Origin: Candidatus Micrarchaeia archaeon
GTDB lineage: Archaea; Micrarchaeota; Micrarchaeia; Anstonellales; Anstonellaceae
Direction: 5' to 3'
NCBI GenBank assembly: GCA_041665945.1
Contig: JBAYHU010000002.1
Location: forward strand, 107,350-171,349
Length of the DNA stretch: 64,000 bases
Shown here: positions 16,138-25,126 of the stretch, piece after piece
Position numbering within the stretch: position 1 is the stretch's first letter
Layout: every line of letters starts with the position of its first letter
Program-made: the position numbers and the translations under genes
The notes under the pieces: model-generated
The model's input: only the letters and a program-made list of their open reading frames with translations
Database searches by the model: none
What the model was told of the DNA's origin: nothing

Positions 16138-16951
16138 TGTCGTAGAACACTTCGGCTTCGGGATAGACCTTGATTCCCACGCCTTCCACGAACTCGAAGG
16201 GGCAGAGCCTGTCCGAGAATTTCGCACCCCTCATTTTCAGCACTTCAAGCGCGCGGTAGCGGCTTCCCTGCAATCGCGGGTGGTGCATTACAATCACGCC
16301 GTCCGAGAGGTATTCCATTCCTGCGGTGGCGCGGTCGGCGTTGGTGGGCGTGCCTTCAGCCGAAAGAAGCGCGGTGCATTCCCATTTCCGCAGAATGTCG
16401 AACAGGAGAATCTCAGCCTCGCGCGCCTTGTATTGCGAGTCGAAAAGGACGGTGTAGGAAGTGAGCGAGTCTATTGCGAGGCGCTTTGCCCCAAGCGAGG
16501 TTATGGTGTCAAGTATGAGCCCGCCGCCCTCGTCAACGAGCTTTTTTATCTCGTGCGGGCGGTAGCTTATCTGGGTGAAAAGCCCCTGCTTTTCAAGCGC
16601 GTTGAAGTCGAATCCGAAGCTTGCCATGTGCCTGACTACCGAATCGTGGGACTCTTCGAATGACAGAAGCACGCCCGGCTCGCCGTTTTCAACCGCGCCG
16701 TTGTTCAGGAACTGCGCGAGGAAAGTGGTCTTGCCGCAGCCCGCCCCGCCCATGACAAGGGTGGTGCTCGCGACCTCGAAGCCGCCCCCGAGAAGGGAGT
16801 CCAGCCCGGGGATTCCCGATGGGACGCGCCTGTCCTGGGGCGCCCTTGATTGCACCGGAAATGGCGCCCTGCTGTTGAATGAACTGCCCGGCTGCGCCCT
16901 TTTTATGGGCCGCACGGTCGGCTTCAGTCTTGGCTCCTCCTCATCCGGCAT
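16124..16951 (-). CDS. KaiC-like RecA-superfamily ATPase (intact Walker A)
   Basis: GIPGLDSLLGGGFEVASTTLVMGGAGCGKTTFLAQFL (Walker A) and LILDTITSL (Walker B-like). The single KaiC/RadA-like domain starts at ATG 16949-16951; the longer track ORF carries a low-complexity N-terminal extension. Confidence 0.7.
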   Translation of the reverse strand: MPDEEEPRLKPTVRPIKRAQPGSSFNSRAPFPVQSRAPQDRRVPSGIPGLDSLLGGGFEVASTTLVMGGAGCGKTTFLAQFLNNGAVENGEPGVLLSFEESHDSVVRHMASFGFDFNALEKQGLFTQISYRPHEIKKLVDEGGGLILDTITSLGAKRLAIDSLTSYTVLFDSQYKAREAEILLFDILRKWECTALLSAEGTPTNADRATAGMEYLSDGVIVMHHPRLQGSRYRALEVLKMRGAKFSDRLCPFEFVEGVGIKVYPEAEVFYDIKDE

Positions 16952-17039
16952 GTTTTCCCTCGTAGAGAGTAACCCAAGAACTTTTATAAACATGCGAGCC
17001 GCTATTTCTCGTCGAAAAGAACGATTCTGCGTGATTGCC

Positions 17040-17741
17040 ATGCCATCCGACCTGCTAATGCCCACCGGGATAAAAACCCTTGACAAGATGCTGGGCGGAG
17101 GGCTGCCTGTCGCCGGAAACGTCCTTCTGCTTGGCGACCCGCTGTGCGGGAAAAAGCCCCTGATGATGCAGTTCATCTACGAGGGGCTGCAGATGAACAT
17201 CCCCGGCATATTCGTGCTCACCGATTTCGGCTATCTCGAGTGGAAGGAGATGATGGACAGCTCCAAGTGGGACGTGTCGGAATACGAGAAAAACGGGCTT
17301 TTGCAGATAATCGACTGCTATTCCAAGACGTTCGACGCGTCGCTGCAGGACGAGGGGATTGTTGCCTACACAAGCGGCGGGGCGGACCTGTCGGAAATCT
17401 CCATGCAGCTCACGGGATTGCAGGGGCAGATAATGCAGATTGCCGACAACCACCGGCTCAGCTTCCATTCGCTCTCCTCGCTTCTTGAGACCAACCCGCC
17501 GGAGTCTGTTTACCGCTTCCTGCAATTCATCACCGGCAAGTTCCGCCGCGCAGGCGCGACCGCCATGTACGCCCTTGAAAAGGGCATGCACGACGAGAAG
17601 CAGGAGAAGATGGTGGAGCACCTCATGGACTGCGTGATAGAATTCCACGAGGATGAGGTGCGCGTGCGCGGGCTTCCGGGAGTGCCGACCGCATGGCACA
17701 AGTACGAGATGGGCGAGAAGGGGCTGTATATCGCGCCGTAA
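17040..17741 (+). CDS. KaiC-like ATPase paralog with degenerate Walker A (likely non-catalytic partner)
   Basis: GIKTLDKMLGGGLPVAGNVLLLGDPLCGKKPLMMQF has the KaiC fold signature, but GK is followed by K rather than S/T. ATG 17040 lies divergent to the other KaiC-like gene; the track ORF starts far upstream inside that gene. Confidence 0.6.
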   Translation: MPSDLLMPTGIKTLDKMLGGGLPVAGNVLLLGDPLCGKKPLMMQFIYEGLQMNIPGIFVLTDFGYLEWKEMMDSSKWDVSEYEKNGLLQIIDCYSKTFDASLQDEGIVAYTSGGADLSEISMQLTGLQGQIMQIADNHRLSFHSLSSLLETNPPESVYRFLQFITGKFRRAGATAMYALEKGMHDEKQEKMVEHLMDCVIEFHEDEVRVRGLPGVPTAWHKYEMGEKGLYIAP

Positions 17742-17759
17742 TGGCGGGCGGTTGTTTTC

Positions 17760-18020
17760 ATGGCGGATTATCTTGGCATCGTCGGGCTTGTTCTCATACT
17801 TGCGGGATGGACGATAGAGCTTATCAACGCAATCAGGGCGGGAAAATCGCAGGTGCCGCTTTCGTTTGCCGTGCTTTACGCAGCTGGAAGCGGGCTTCTT
17901 GCGTGGCACAGCCTTGAAATAGGAGACATGGTCTTTCTTGTGCTCAACGCGGCAGCGACGCTTGTTGCTGTTGTGAACATCGTTTTCTGCCTCTTTGCAA
18001 AGGGGAAGAAAAAGAGGTGA
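17760..18020 (+). CDS. small membrane protein (86 aa, 2-3 TM helices)
   Basis: Hydrophobic helices and a KGKKKR tail. Sits immediately downstream of the degenerate KaiC-like gene and is followed by a hairpin. Confidence 0.5.
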   Translation: MADYLGIVGLVLILAGWTIELINAIRAGKSQVPLSFAVLYAAGSGLLAWHSLEIGDMVFLVLNAAATLVAVVNIVFCLFAKGKKKR

Positions 18021-18046
18021 GGGCGGGCGTTTCGCCCCCTGCCCTC
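18019..18046 (+). terminator. GC-rich two-part stem-loop immediately after the stop codon
   Basis: GAGGGCGGGCGtttCGCCCCctGCCCTC. Confidence 0.4.
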
Positions 18047-18243
18047 GACGCAGGTTCCCTTACAAACCTATATAAGCATTTCTTTTCTTATAGCAAGCAC
18101 TTCTGTTCTTCTATCTCATAAAACTGTTATTTGAAGTAGGAGACAATTTTTTCAAAAACAGGAAGACCTGACAGTTTAGGCGACAGGAATTTCAGGGATA
18201 ATCGCGGCGGAATCAGATTCCGGCGCGGCAACGAGGGATTTCT

Positions 18244-18888
18244 ATGGCGACTCCAGAACGCAATGATGCCAAGGACAAGACGCTTTCCACCGGAACGACT
18301 ACCGTGGGGCTTGTCTGCAGCGACGGCATAGTGATGGCGTCCGACCGCAGGGCGACCATGGGATTCTTCATCGCCAACAAGGACATCCAGAAGGTTTACC
18401 AGATTGACGACAACATTTCCATGACGATTGCGGGGGGCGTGGGCGACGCTCAGGCGCTTATCCGCATGATGCAAGCTGAAACTTCGCTTTACAAGTTCAA
18501 GCACGGCAGGATGATTTCCGTGAAGGCGGCGGCATCACTTTTGTCGAACCTGCTCCACAACTACCGCTTCTACCCCTTCTACGTCCAGCTGATAATCGGA
18601 GGGTATGACGGCGAAAAGGCGGAAATATACAGCCTCGACGCCATGGGCGGGCTGACCAGCGAGAAATACGTCTCCACCGGCTCGGGCTCACCGATTGCGT
18701 ACGGGCTTCTTGAGGAGCTTTACAAGGACGGCGGCTCGGTCAAGGACAACCTCCGCGCGGCTGGCAAGGCGATTGCCGCGGCCATGAAGCGCGACGCGGC
18801 GACCGGCGAGCACGTGGATTTGATATCGATTACGAAAACAGGATTCAAGAGATACGAGAGGGCAGAAGTGGAAAAGATGCTCCAGTAG
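18244..18888 (+). CDS. psmB: proteasome subunit beta
   Basis: Propeptide then TTTVGL (catalytic Thr1 context) and GGVGDAQAL. Length and pattern match the archaeal 20S beta subunit. Confidence 0.9.
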   Translation: MATPERNDAKDKTLSTGTTTVGLVCSDGIVMASDRRATMGFFIANKDIQKVYQIDDNISMTIAGGVGDAQALIRMMQAETSLYKFKHGRMISVKAAASLLSNLLHNYRFYPFYVQLIIGGYDGEKAEIYSLDAMGGLTSEKYVSTGSGSPIAYGLLEELYKDGGSVKDNLRAAGKAIAAAMKRDAATGEHVDLISITKTGFKRYERAEVEKMLQ

Positions 18889-18948
18889 CTTTAGTCTTTC
18901 TTAACCAGGCGAAGCAAGGCATACTGCATACATCATAGAGGCGACTAT

Positions 18949-20844
18949 TTGGAATTGAAAGAAATCGAGAAGAAACTGCACGAGCTTGTGCCCAGCGAAT
19001 GCCTCATGACAAAGGTGGAGGCAGAGGGGCTTGACATTGTCATTTACCTCAAGGACATCAACGCTTTCTACGCGAACGACCAGCTAATCAAGAAGATTGC
19101 AGGCACCATCCGCAAGAGAATCCTTGTGAAGACCGACCCCTCGGCGCTCATGGCGCAGGACGAGGCAGTGAAGATAATCAAGGAGGTCGTACCCATAGAG
19201 GCCGGAGTCTCGTCCGTGAGCTTCAACCCCGAATTCTGCGAAGTCAACATCGAGTCGCTCAAGCCCGGGCTTGTAATCGGCAAGGGCGGGATGACACTCA
19301 AGACAATCATACAAAGGACGAAGTGGGCTCCGAACATACTCAGAACGCCCACCATGCCATCCTCCACCATAAAGGGAGTGCGGGCGACCATGCTCAAGGA
19401 AGCGGCGAGCAGGAAGAAGTTCTTAAACGCGCTTGGCAAGAAAATCTGCGCCCCGCAAACGGAAAAAAGCGACTGGGTAAAAGTGACCGCGCTTGGCGGC
19501 TTTTACGAGGTCGGCAGGAGCTGCGCGCTTGTGCAGACTCCTCACAGCAACGTGCTTGTGGACTGCGGCATAAACCCCGAAACTTTCGAGCCGTCCAAAG
19601 CTTATCCTTACCTTAACGCCATGAATTTGGAGCTTGACAAGATAGACGCGGTCATCCTCACGCACGCGCACATGGACCACTGCGGCTTCATACCATACCT
19701 TTACGCTTACGGATACGACGGGCCGGTGTACTGCACCACGCCCACGCGCGACCTTGCGATGCTTTTGCAGATGGACTACATCGCGATTGCGAACAAGAAC
19801 TCCAAGTACCCGCCGCCTTACGGCATCAAGGACATACAAAAGGAGCTTTCGCACATGGTCACTGTCGATTACGGCGAAGTGATTGACATCACGCCGGAAA
19901 TCAAGCTCACGTTCTACAACGCGGGGCACATCCTCGGTTCCGCCATGGTGCATTTGCACATAGGCGACGGATTGCACAACCTCGTGTTCTCGGGAGACAT
20001 CAAGTACGGATTCACGCGCCTCTTCGACCAGGCGAACACGAACTTCCCGAGGGTGGAAACGCTCTTCCTAGACTCCACGTATGGAGGCAGGAACGACATC
20101 CAGCCCAACAGGTTCGATTCCGACAAGCGCCTGATGGACATGGCTGTGCAGGTGCTGCAGCGCGGAGGCAAGGTCCTCATCCCGACGTTCTCGGTCGGCC
20201 GCTCGCAGGAAATCATGCTTGTAATGGAGGAATACGCCTCGCGCAACAAGGACTTCAACTGGCCGGTCTACATAGACGGCATGATTCTTGAGGCGTCGGC
20301 AATACACACCGCCTACCCCGAATACCTGAGGCACAACCTCCAGAGGCGCATACTTTCAAACGACTCGCCCTTCGAGTCGCCAATCTTTGAGCCGGTGAAG
20401 AAGGACCGCAAGGAAATCGCGGAAGGCGGGCCTGCAGTGATAATCGCGCCCTCGGGCATGTTGTCCGGCGGGCCTTCGGTGGAATACCTCAGGCTTCTTG
20501 CCGAGGACCCGAAAAGCGCGCTTTTCTTCGTGGGATACCAATCCTCGCTCTCGCTTGGCAGGAAACTGCAGAGGGGGATGAGGGAAATCGCCACCGTGGA
20601 TGATGAGGGCAGGGCGACATCGCTCAAGGTCAACATGCAGATTGAGACCGTGGAGGGCTATTCCGGGCACTCGGACAGGCACCAGCTCCTCTCCATGCTC
20701 AAGAACATGCGCCCCAAGCCCGAGCGGGTTTTCACGCTCCATGGCGACGAAAAGAAATGCGAGGATCTCTCGCACACCATCGCCAAGCTCATGCGCATCG
20801 AATCTCGCGCGCCGATGGACTTGGACACCATTAGGCTCAAGTAA
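18949..20844 (+). CDS. aCPSF1 (archaeal beta-CASP/MBL ribonuclease with N-terminal KH domains; FttA)
   Basis: N-terminal KH repeats (LVIGKGGMTLKTI), metallo-beta-lactamase motif HAHMDHCG, and beta-CASP region. About 630 aa. The track start codon is TTG. Confidence 0.9.
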   Translation: MELKEIEKKLHELVPSECLMTKVEAEGLDIVIYLKDINAFYANDQLIKKIAGTIRKRILVKTDPSALMAQDEAVKIIKEVVPIEAGVSSVSFNPEFCEVNIESLKPGLVIGKGGMTLKTIIQRTKWAPNILRTPTMPSSTIKGVRATMLKEAASRKKFLNALGKKICAPQTEKSDWVKVTALGGFYEVGRSCALVQTPHSNVLVDCGINPETFEPSKAYPYLNAMNLELDKIDAVILTHAHMDHCGFIPYLYAYGYDGPVYCTTPTRDLAMLLQMDYIAIANKNSKYPPPYGIKDIQKELSHMVTVDYGEVIDITPEIKLTFYNAGHILGSAMVHLHIGDGLHNLVFSGDIKYGFTRLFDQANTNFPRVETLFLDSTYGGRNDIQPNRFDSDKRLMDMAVQVLQRGGKVLIPTFSVGRSQEIMLVMEEYASRNKDFNWPVYIDGMILEASAIHTAYPEYLRHNLQRRILSNDSPFESPIFEPVKKDRKEIAEGGPAVIIAPSGMLSGGPSVEYLRLLAEDPKSALFFVGYQSSLSLGRKLQRGMREIATVDDEGRATSLKVNMQIETVEGYSGHSDRHQLLSMLKNMRPKPERVFTLHGDEKKCEDLSHTIAKLMRIESRAPMDLDTIRLK

Positions 20845-20903
20845 AGAAGGGGCAATCGTGGCGGAAGAAGCAGATACTCCTTAATCCGAAGGCTGTGAAT
20901 TTG

Positions 20904-22706
20904 TTATTGCTTCGGAGGCAGCTTGGGCGGCACTATGGGCTTGGGAGCTGCTTTCGGAGGAGTTTGCGGCTGCGCAGGGGCTTGCTGCATTGGAGGCTGC
21001 GCCGGCTGCACGGGTTTCTCCTGCGCGGGCGGCTGCGCCTGCGTTTGCTGTTGCGACTGCTGCAAAGCAACGGGCTTTTCCTGCACCGGGGGCTGTTGCA
21101 TCTGCGAAGGGGAACGGAAATCCGGCTGCTTGGCTGGCTGGGATTGCTTGGGCTGCCAGAGGGGCTGCGATGAAGACTCCTTTTGCTGTGGCTGGAAAGA
21201 AGGCTGGTCGTCGCCGGGCTTTTCCCTGCGCGCGGGCAGTATCCTCGATATCAGGCTCTTTTTCGGCTCCTGAAGCGAAATGTCGATTGCCTGCTGGTCC
21301 TGCTGGGGCTGATTTTCGCTTCCTGGCAGGACAGGCGCAGGGCGCCTTGTCTGCTGCGTGGAGCGGTAAAGCATGCGCAGGTAGTTGAGTATGAAGCTGA
21401 AGGAGCCTCCCAAGTTGTTTTTCGCGAAAAACACCACGCCGGCGAGGATGGCTATCCCGATTGCGACAAGCGCCCAGAGGAAAAAGTCCTCGGTCTGCTT
21501 CTTCGTGTCAGGCGGGAGCGTCGTGGAAGTCTGCCCGCTTGGCACCGGCACCGCATACTCGAGCCCGACCGACGCCTCGGCAACATCGTACTTGTTGGAT
21601 GCCTTGACCGAGATGATGGTATTGGACTGTATGCACGGGCGCACGAAGAGCATTCCCTGCTCGTCCGTGCTTGCCGTCATGTTCGTGGTAGTTTTGCCGT
21701 CGCTGCTCGTGAACACGACCTGCAGGGGCAGTTGCTTTCGCGGGTCGGAGATTTTTGCCGTGACGCGGTAGCAGTTCTCCCCTTCCCGGACCGGCGCAAG
21801 TGGCTCGATTGTGAGGAGGTGGGGGAGCTTTATCGTGTCCGGCATGGAGCCCTCCGGCACATAGGCGATGTTGAGCTGGTGCTCGTCCACGACCATGGTC
21901 ATATTGATTGAGATTCCGACGAACGCGTCGAAGCTCGCAGCGCCGTTGCCATCCGTGGTCGCAGTCTGCTGCCGCCCGCGGTAATAGTAAGTGATTGGCT
22001 GGTTGGCGAACGGCTCCCCGTCGGGCGAGAAGAATGTCAGCGGGGAAATGATGCGCGTCGCCTGCTGGGGGCCCTGGTTGTTTTCAGGAGACCAGCTGTC
22101 CGAGATAATGACATTTATCGAGCGGCGCCCGTCCTTGTCCGCGCTCGCGCTGTCGCTGTAAAAAAGCTTGCGGTTCTCGCCGGAAATCACGTATCCGGAA
22201 AATCTCAGCCCCGTGGGCACGCGCAGTATCGCAACGCCGTTCAGGAAAGGCTCGATTACCGGCGAGCCGTATATGGAAACCTGCGAGCCCGGAGGGAGGT
22301 TTTCGGGCGGGACCGCCTTCACGGTGACGTTTTCGAGCTTGAAGGGGATGGTGAGGCGCAGGTTCTTCTGCCCGGCGTTGTCCACCTCGAATTGCGAGTT
22401 GCTTCCCGCCCAGTAGTATGTCGAGATGCTCACGGAATAGGATTTTTTCTCCTGCGACTGCGGGACTGAATTGGAAAGCAGCACGGAGAACGAGCCTTCC
22501 TCGTTTGTCTGCCCCTGCTCGCGCCCGTCGGCAGTTGAGTCGGGCAGCGCCTTTTGATAAAGTATTGTGACCGACGCGTATTTGACGGGCATGCCATTCA
22601 TGTCCACGACCGTTATGTTGAGCGCCTGGCTCCAGAGGGCTGACACCGGCTGCGCTGCCAGAAGCAGGAAGAGCGCGAAGATTGCGAATGAACTTGCTCT
22701 CCTCAT
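20904..22706 (-). CDS. large secreted/surface protein with C-terminal TM anchor and Pro/Gln-rich cytoplasmic tail
   Basis: Signal peptide MRRASSFAIFALFLLLAAQPVSA. Beta-rich extracellular domains. TM helix FFLWALVAIGIAILAGVVFF. A tail of more than 150 aa rich in P/Q/K. The ATG at 22704-22706 overlaps the stop of the upstream mini-gene. Confidence 0.7.
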   Translation of the reverse strand: MRRASSFAIFALFLLLAAQPVSALWSQALNITVVDMNGMPVKYASVTILYQKALPDSTADGREQGQTNEEGSFSVLLSNSVPQSQEKKSYSVSISTYYWAGSNSQFEVDNAGQKNLRLTIPFKLENVTVKAVPPENLPPGSQVSIYGSPVIEPFLNGVAILRVPTGLRFSGYVISGENRKLFYSDSASADKDGRRSINVIISDSWSPENNQGPQQATRIISPLTFFSPDGEPFANQPITYYYRGRQQTATTDGNGAASFDAFVGISINMTMVVDEHQLNIAYVPEGSMPDTIKLPHLLTIEPLAPVREGENCYRVTAKISDPRKQLPLQVVFTSSDGKTTTNMTASTDEQGMLFVRPCIQSNTIISVKASNKYDVAEASVGLEYAVPVPSGQTSTTLPPDTKKQTEDFFLWALVAIGIAILAGVVFFAKNNLGGSFSFILNYLRMLYRSTQQTRRPAPVLPGSENQPQQDQQAIDISLQEPKKSLISRILPARREKPGDDQPSFQPQQKESSSQPLWQPKQSQPAKQPDFRSPSQMQQPPVQEKPVALQQSQQQTQAQPPAQEKPVQPAQPPMQQAPAQPQTPPKAAPKPIVPPKLPPKQ

Positions 22707-22858
22707 CAATCCTCACCCGTAGTTTCGAAGACCGGCGGGAAATCCTTTACCAGCTTCAGCCTTGCCCCGCAGTCAGGGCAAATCATTATTTCCCCGACCT
22801 GAAGCCCGGGCTCAAGCGCGATGTGGAACGTGCATGCCGGGCACTCAGATATTGCCAT
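22706..22858 (-). CDS. LysW-like zinc-ribbon small protein (50 aa), below the 60-aa ORF-track cutoff
   Basis: MAISECPACTFHIALEPGLQVGEIMICPDCGARLKLVKDFPPVFETTGED has a CPxC...CPDCGA zinc ribbon with a short acidic C-terminus, like the LysW/ArgW amino-group carrier proteins. Its stop TGA shares the A with the ATG of the surface-protein gene. A TATA-like tttaaaa lies upstream. Confidence 0.55.
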   Translation of the reverse strand: MAISECPACTFHIALEPGLQVGEIMICPDCGARLKLVKDFPPVFETTGED

Positions 22859-22920
22859 GTTATCGCACGTCCTTCGGCGGCTATGGTTTTAAAGGTTGCA
22901 CAGGCGGTGGCGGCGGGAAA

Positions 22921-24216
22921 TCAGGGCTTTACCCTTACCCTGTCCCTCGGGAAGAGCACCGCCTCGCGGATGTTGTGCAAGCCGCAGATTTTCATTGTGA
23001 AGCGGTCAAGCCCGATGGACCAGCCGGCATGCGGCGGGGCGCCGACGCGGAACGCGTTTATGTAGAACTCGAAGTCCGCGGGGTTCAGCCCCCTAGCCTT
23101 GAGCTGCTCAATCAGCACTTCGGGCCTGTGGACACGCTGCGCGCCCGAGGAAATTTCCAATCCCTCGTAATTCAGGTCGTAAGCGTGGCAGATTTTCGGG
23201 TTGGATTCGTCGGGCTGCGAGTAGAACGCGCGCACAGCGGTCGGCCACTCGGTGATGAAATAGGTGGAGTAGCCGAGCACTTCGGTGAGCTTCGCCTCTG
23301 TTTCGCGCGAGAAGTCCTCGCCCCAAACGAATGTGACGCCGGCGGCGTTGAGCTTGTCCACAAGCTCGGTGTAGGTGTGGCGCGGGATTGATGCCGGAAC
23401 GGCAAGCTCGCGGTTGAGGGTTTTGAGTTCAGCCGCGCAATTTTCCTTCACGCGGGAGAGCACGTGGAGAACGACTGCTTCAAGCGCGTCGATGGCATCC
23501 TTGGGCGTGGCAAAGCCAAGCTCCAAGTCCATCTGCGTCGCCTCGTTCAAATGCGTGAGCGTGTTGTGCTTCTCGGCGCGGAAAACTGGCACGGTCATGA
23601 ACACCTTGTCCATGCCGCCGATTACCGCGAGCTGCTTGTAAAGCTGCGGGGACTGCACAAGATATGCCTCCTTCTCGAAGTATTGCACCTTGAACAGGTC
23701 TGCGCCGCCCTCTGTCGCGGCTTCCACGATTGTGGGAGGGTGGAGCTCCACTGCGCCAAGCATGCGGCATTTTTCGCGGAATGCCTGCGCTATTTCAGAG
23801 CGGATGCGGAATATGGCGGCAGTGTTCGCCGTGCGCATGTCGACATAGCGGTAGTCGAGCCGCACTTCGAGGTCCGCCGGCACCTTGCCAGTCACTTCGA
23901 ATGGCACCTTGGTTGTGATTGGATTCAGAACGGTGAAACTCGTGGGAAGGAGTTCGCAGCCCGCTTCAGCCATCTTGCTTGCGACCACTTTGCCAGTAAC
24001 CGTTACCACTGTTTCTTTCGGCTGGGACATTGCCGCAAGAACAGCATCGGGCTCGCGCCCGTTCTTCGCCGTAACCTGTATGATGCCGCTCCTGTCGCGC
24101 ACCTGCACGAACTTGAGCTTGCCCAAGTCGCGCACCTCGTGCACCCAGCCTGCAATCGTTATTTCCTTTTCAAGAAGGCTTTTCGCCTCGGATATGTAAT
24201 GTGTCCTGTACATCAT
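22921..24216 (-). CDS. aspS: aspartyl-tRNA synthetase (class IIb, archaeal type; AsnRS not excluded)
   Basis: N-terminal OB fold, QSPQLYKQ, class II motifs and the C-terminal GAPPHAGWSIGLDRFTMKICGLHNIREAVLFPRD. Confidence 0.8.
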   Translation of the reverse strand: MMYRTHYISEAKSLLEKEITIAGWVHEVRDLGKLKFVQVRDRSGIIQVTAKNGREPDAVLAAMSQPKETVVTVTGKVVASKMAEAGCELLPTSFTVLNPITTKVPFEVTGKVPADLEVRLDYRYVDMRTANTAAIFRIRSEIAQAFREKCRMLGAVELHPPTIVEAATEGGADLFKVQYFEKEAYLVQSPQLYKQLAVIGGMDKVFMTVPVFRAEKHNTLTHLNEATQMDLELGFATPKDAIDALEAVVLHVLSRVKENCAAELKTLNRELAVPASIPRHTYTELVDKLNAAGVTFVWGEDFSRETEAKLTEVLGYSTYFITEWPTAVRAFYSQPDESNPKICHAYDLNYEGLEISSGAQRVHRPEVLIEQLKARGLNPADFEFYINAFRVGAPPHAGWSIGLDRFTMKICGLHNIREAVLFPRDRVRVKP

Positions 24217-24222
24217 AACACC

Positions 24223-24735
24223 TCATTCGAATACAAGCTGCACCTCGTGCCCGATGAGCGAGCGCAGCGCCTTTTCAAGAGTGGGGATGTCAATCGGGAG
24301 GTGCGCGATTTCGCTTTTCGCGATGCGCACCTTCGTGATTTCCCTGCCCTCGTGGAATACCTGGTTGATGCCCAGCAGGCGCGTGGGCATGATGACGTCG
24401 GCGACCGATTTTTTCACGTCCCCGCCGACTTCGGCTATGCGCACCTTGCGCCCGAGCGCGGATGAGAGTTCGGAGACGATTTTGCCGTCCTTGCCGATGA
24501 GCAACCCGGCTTCGCCGCGGGTGAGCACAAGGACCGCACGCCCCAAGTCGAGCGACTTGAAGAACGACGCATTGGAAATGTTGTACCGCTCGTTTATCCT
24601 GTACAGTATGCGCGCGATTTCCCAGTCCAGTTCGGATATCTTTCCCTCGAAGATGCTTCTGCGGGTGGCGTCGGACAGCTCTCCGCGCCTCAGGTCTTCA
24701 TCGGGGATGGGGGTCTTCATCCTATCACCTATCAC
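24223..24735 (-). CDS. KH-domain RNA-binding protein (archaeal NusA-like)
   Basis: LLIGKDGKIVSELSSALGRKVRIAEV KH motif and a second KH-like segment. About 170 aa. Confidence 0.5.
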   Translation of the reverse strand: MIGDRMKTPIPDEDLRRGELSDATRRSIFEGKISELDWEIARILYRINERYNISNASFFKSLDLGRAVLVLTRGEAGLLIGKDGKIVSELSSALGRKVRIAEVGGDVKKSVADVIMPTRLLGINQVFHEGREITKVRIAKSEIAHLPIDIPTLEKALRSLIGHEVQLVFE

Positions 24736-24764
24736 GGCAGAAGCAGTCGGGGAGAGTGCCTTGC

Positions 24765-25106
24765 TTACTTGATTAGCTTGATTTCGATTACCGAGACTTT
24801 CGTCTTGCTTCCGTCTTCGGAGTCAAGTTCCTCGGTGCGGATTACGATTCCGTCGAGCTTGGCTTCCGGCAGGAAGCGGTTGCGGACAATCTCGGCGACG
24901 TCCACGGCGCGGGAAATCGACTTGCCCCTCGCCTTGATGTAAACTTCGGAAAGCCCGCTGTTGAACTGCGTCACAACTGCCAGCACGTAGCCCATGACGC
25001 TTTTCTTCCCTATGTAAATGACGTTCGGATCCTTGCGCTCGCGCGGCGCGATTTCGGAGTCATTCGTAATGGTTCCAGTCTGTGGAATAGTTGTGGTCTC
25101 GTCCAT
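24765..25106 (-). CDS. albA: DNA/RNA-binding protein Alba
   Basis: [51 protein letters not shown] is nearly canonical Alba. It has a short N-terminal extension. Confidence 0.9.
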   Translation of the reverse strand: MDETTTIPQTGTITNDSEIAPRERKDPNVIYIGKKSVMGYVLAVVTQFNSGLSEVYIKARGKSISRAVDVAEIVRNRFLPEAKLDGIVIRTEELDSEDGSKTKVSVIEIKLIK

Positions 25107-25126
25107 GCAGGCACCTCCTGTAATGG

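Noticed and set aside
18050-18243. Possible C/D-box sRNA in the 220-bp spacer before psmB
   Set aside because: There is a CUGA element but no convincing RUGAUGA C box or K-turn context. More likely a long 5' leader with a small CGGAATcagATTCCG hairpin.
22706-22858. Assigning the small zinc-ribbon as a bona fide lysine-biosynthesis LysW
   Set aside because: No LysX/LysZ/LysY/LysJ/LysK-type neighbours, and the C-terminal residue is Asp after Glu rather than the canonical terminal Glu. Kept only as LysW-like.
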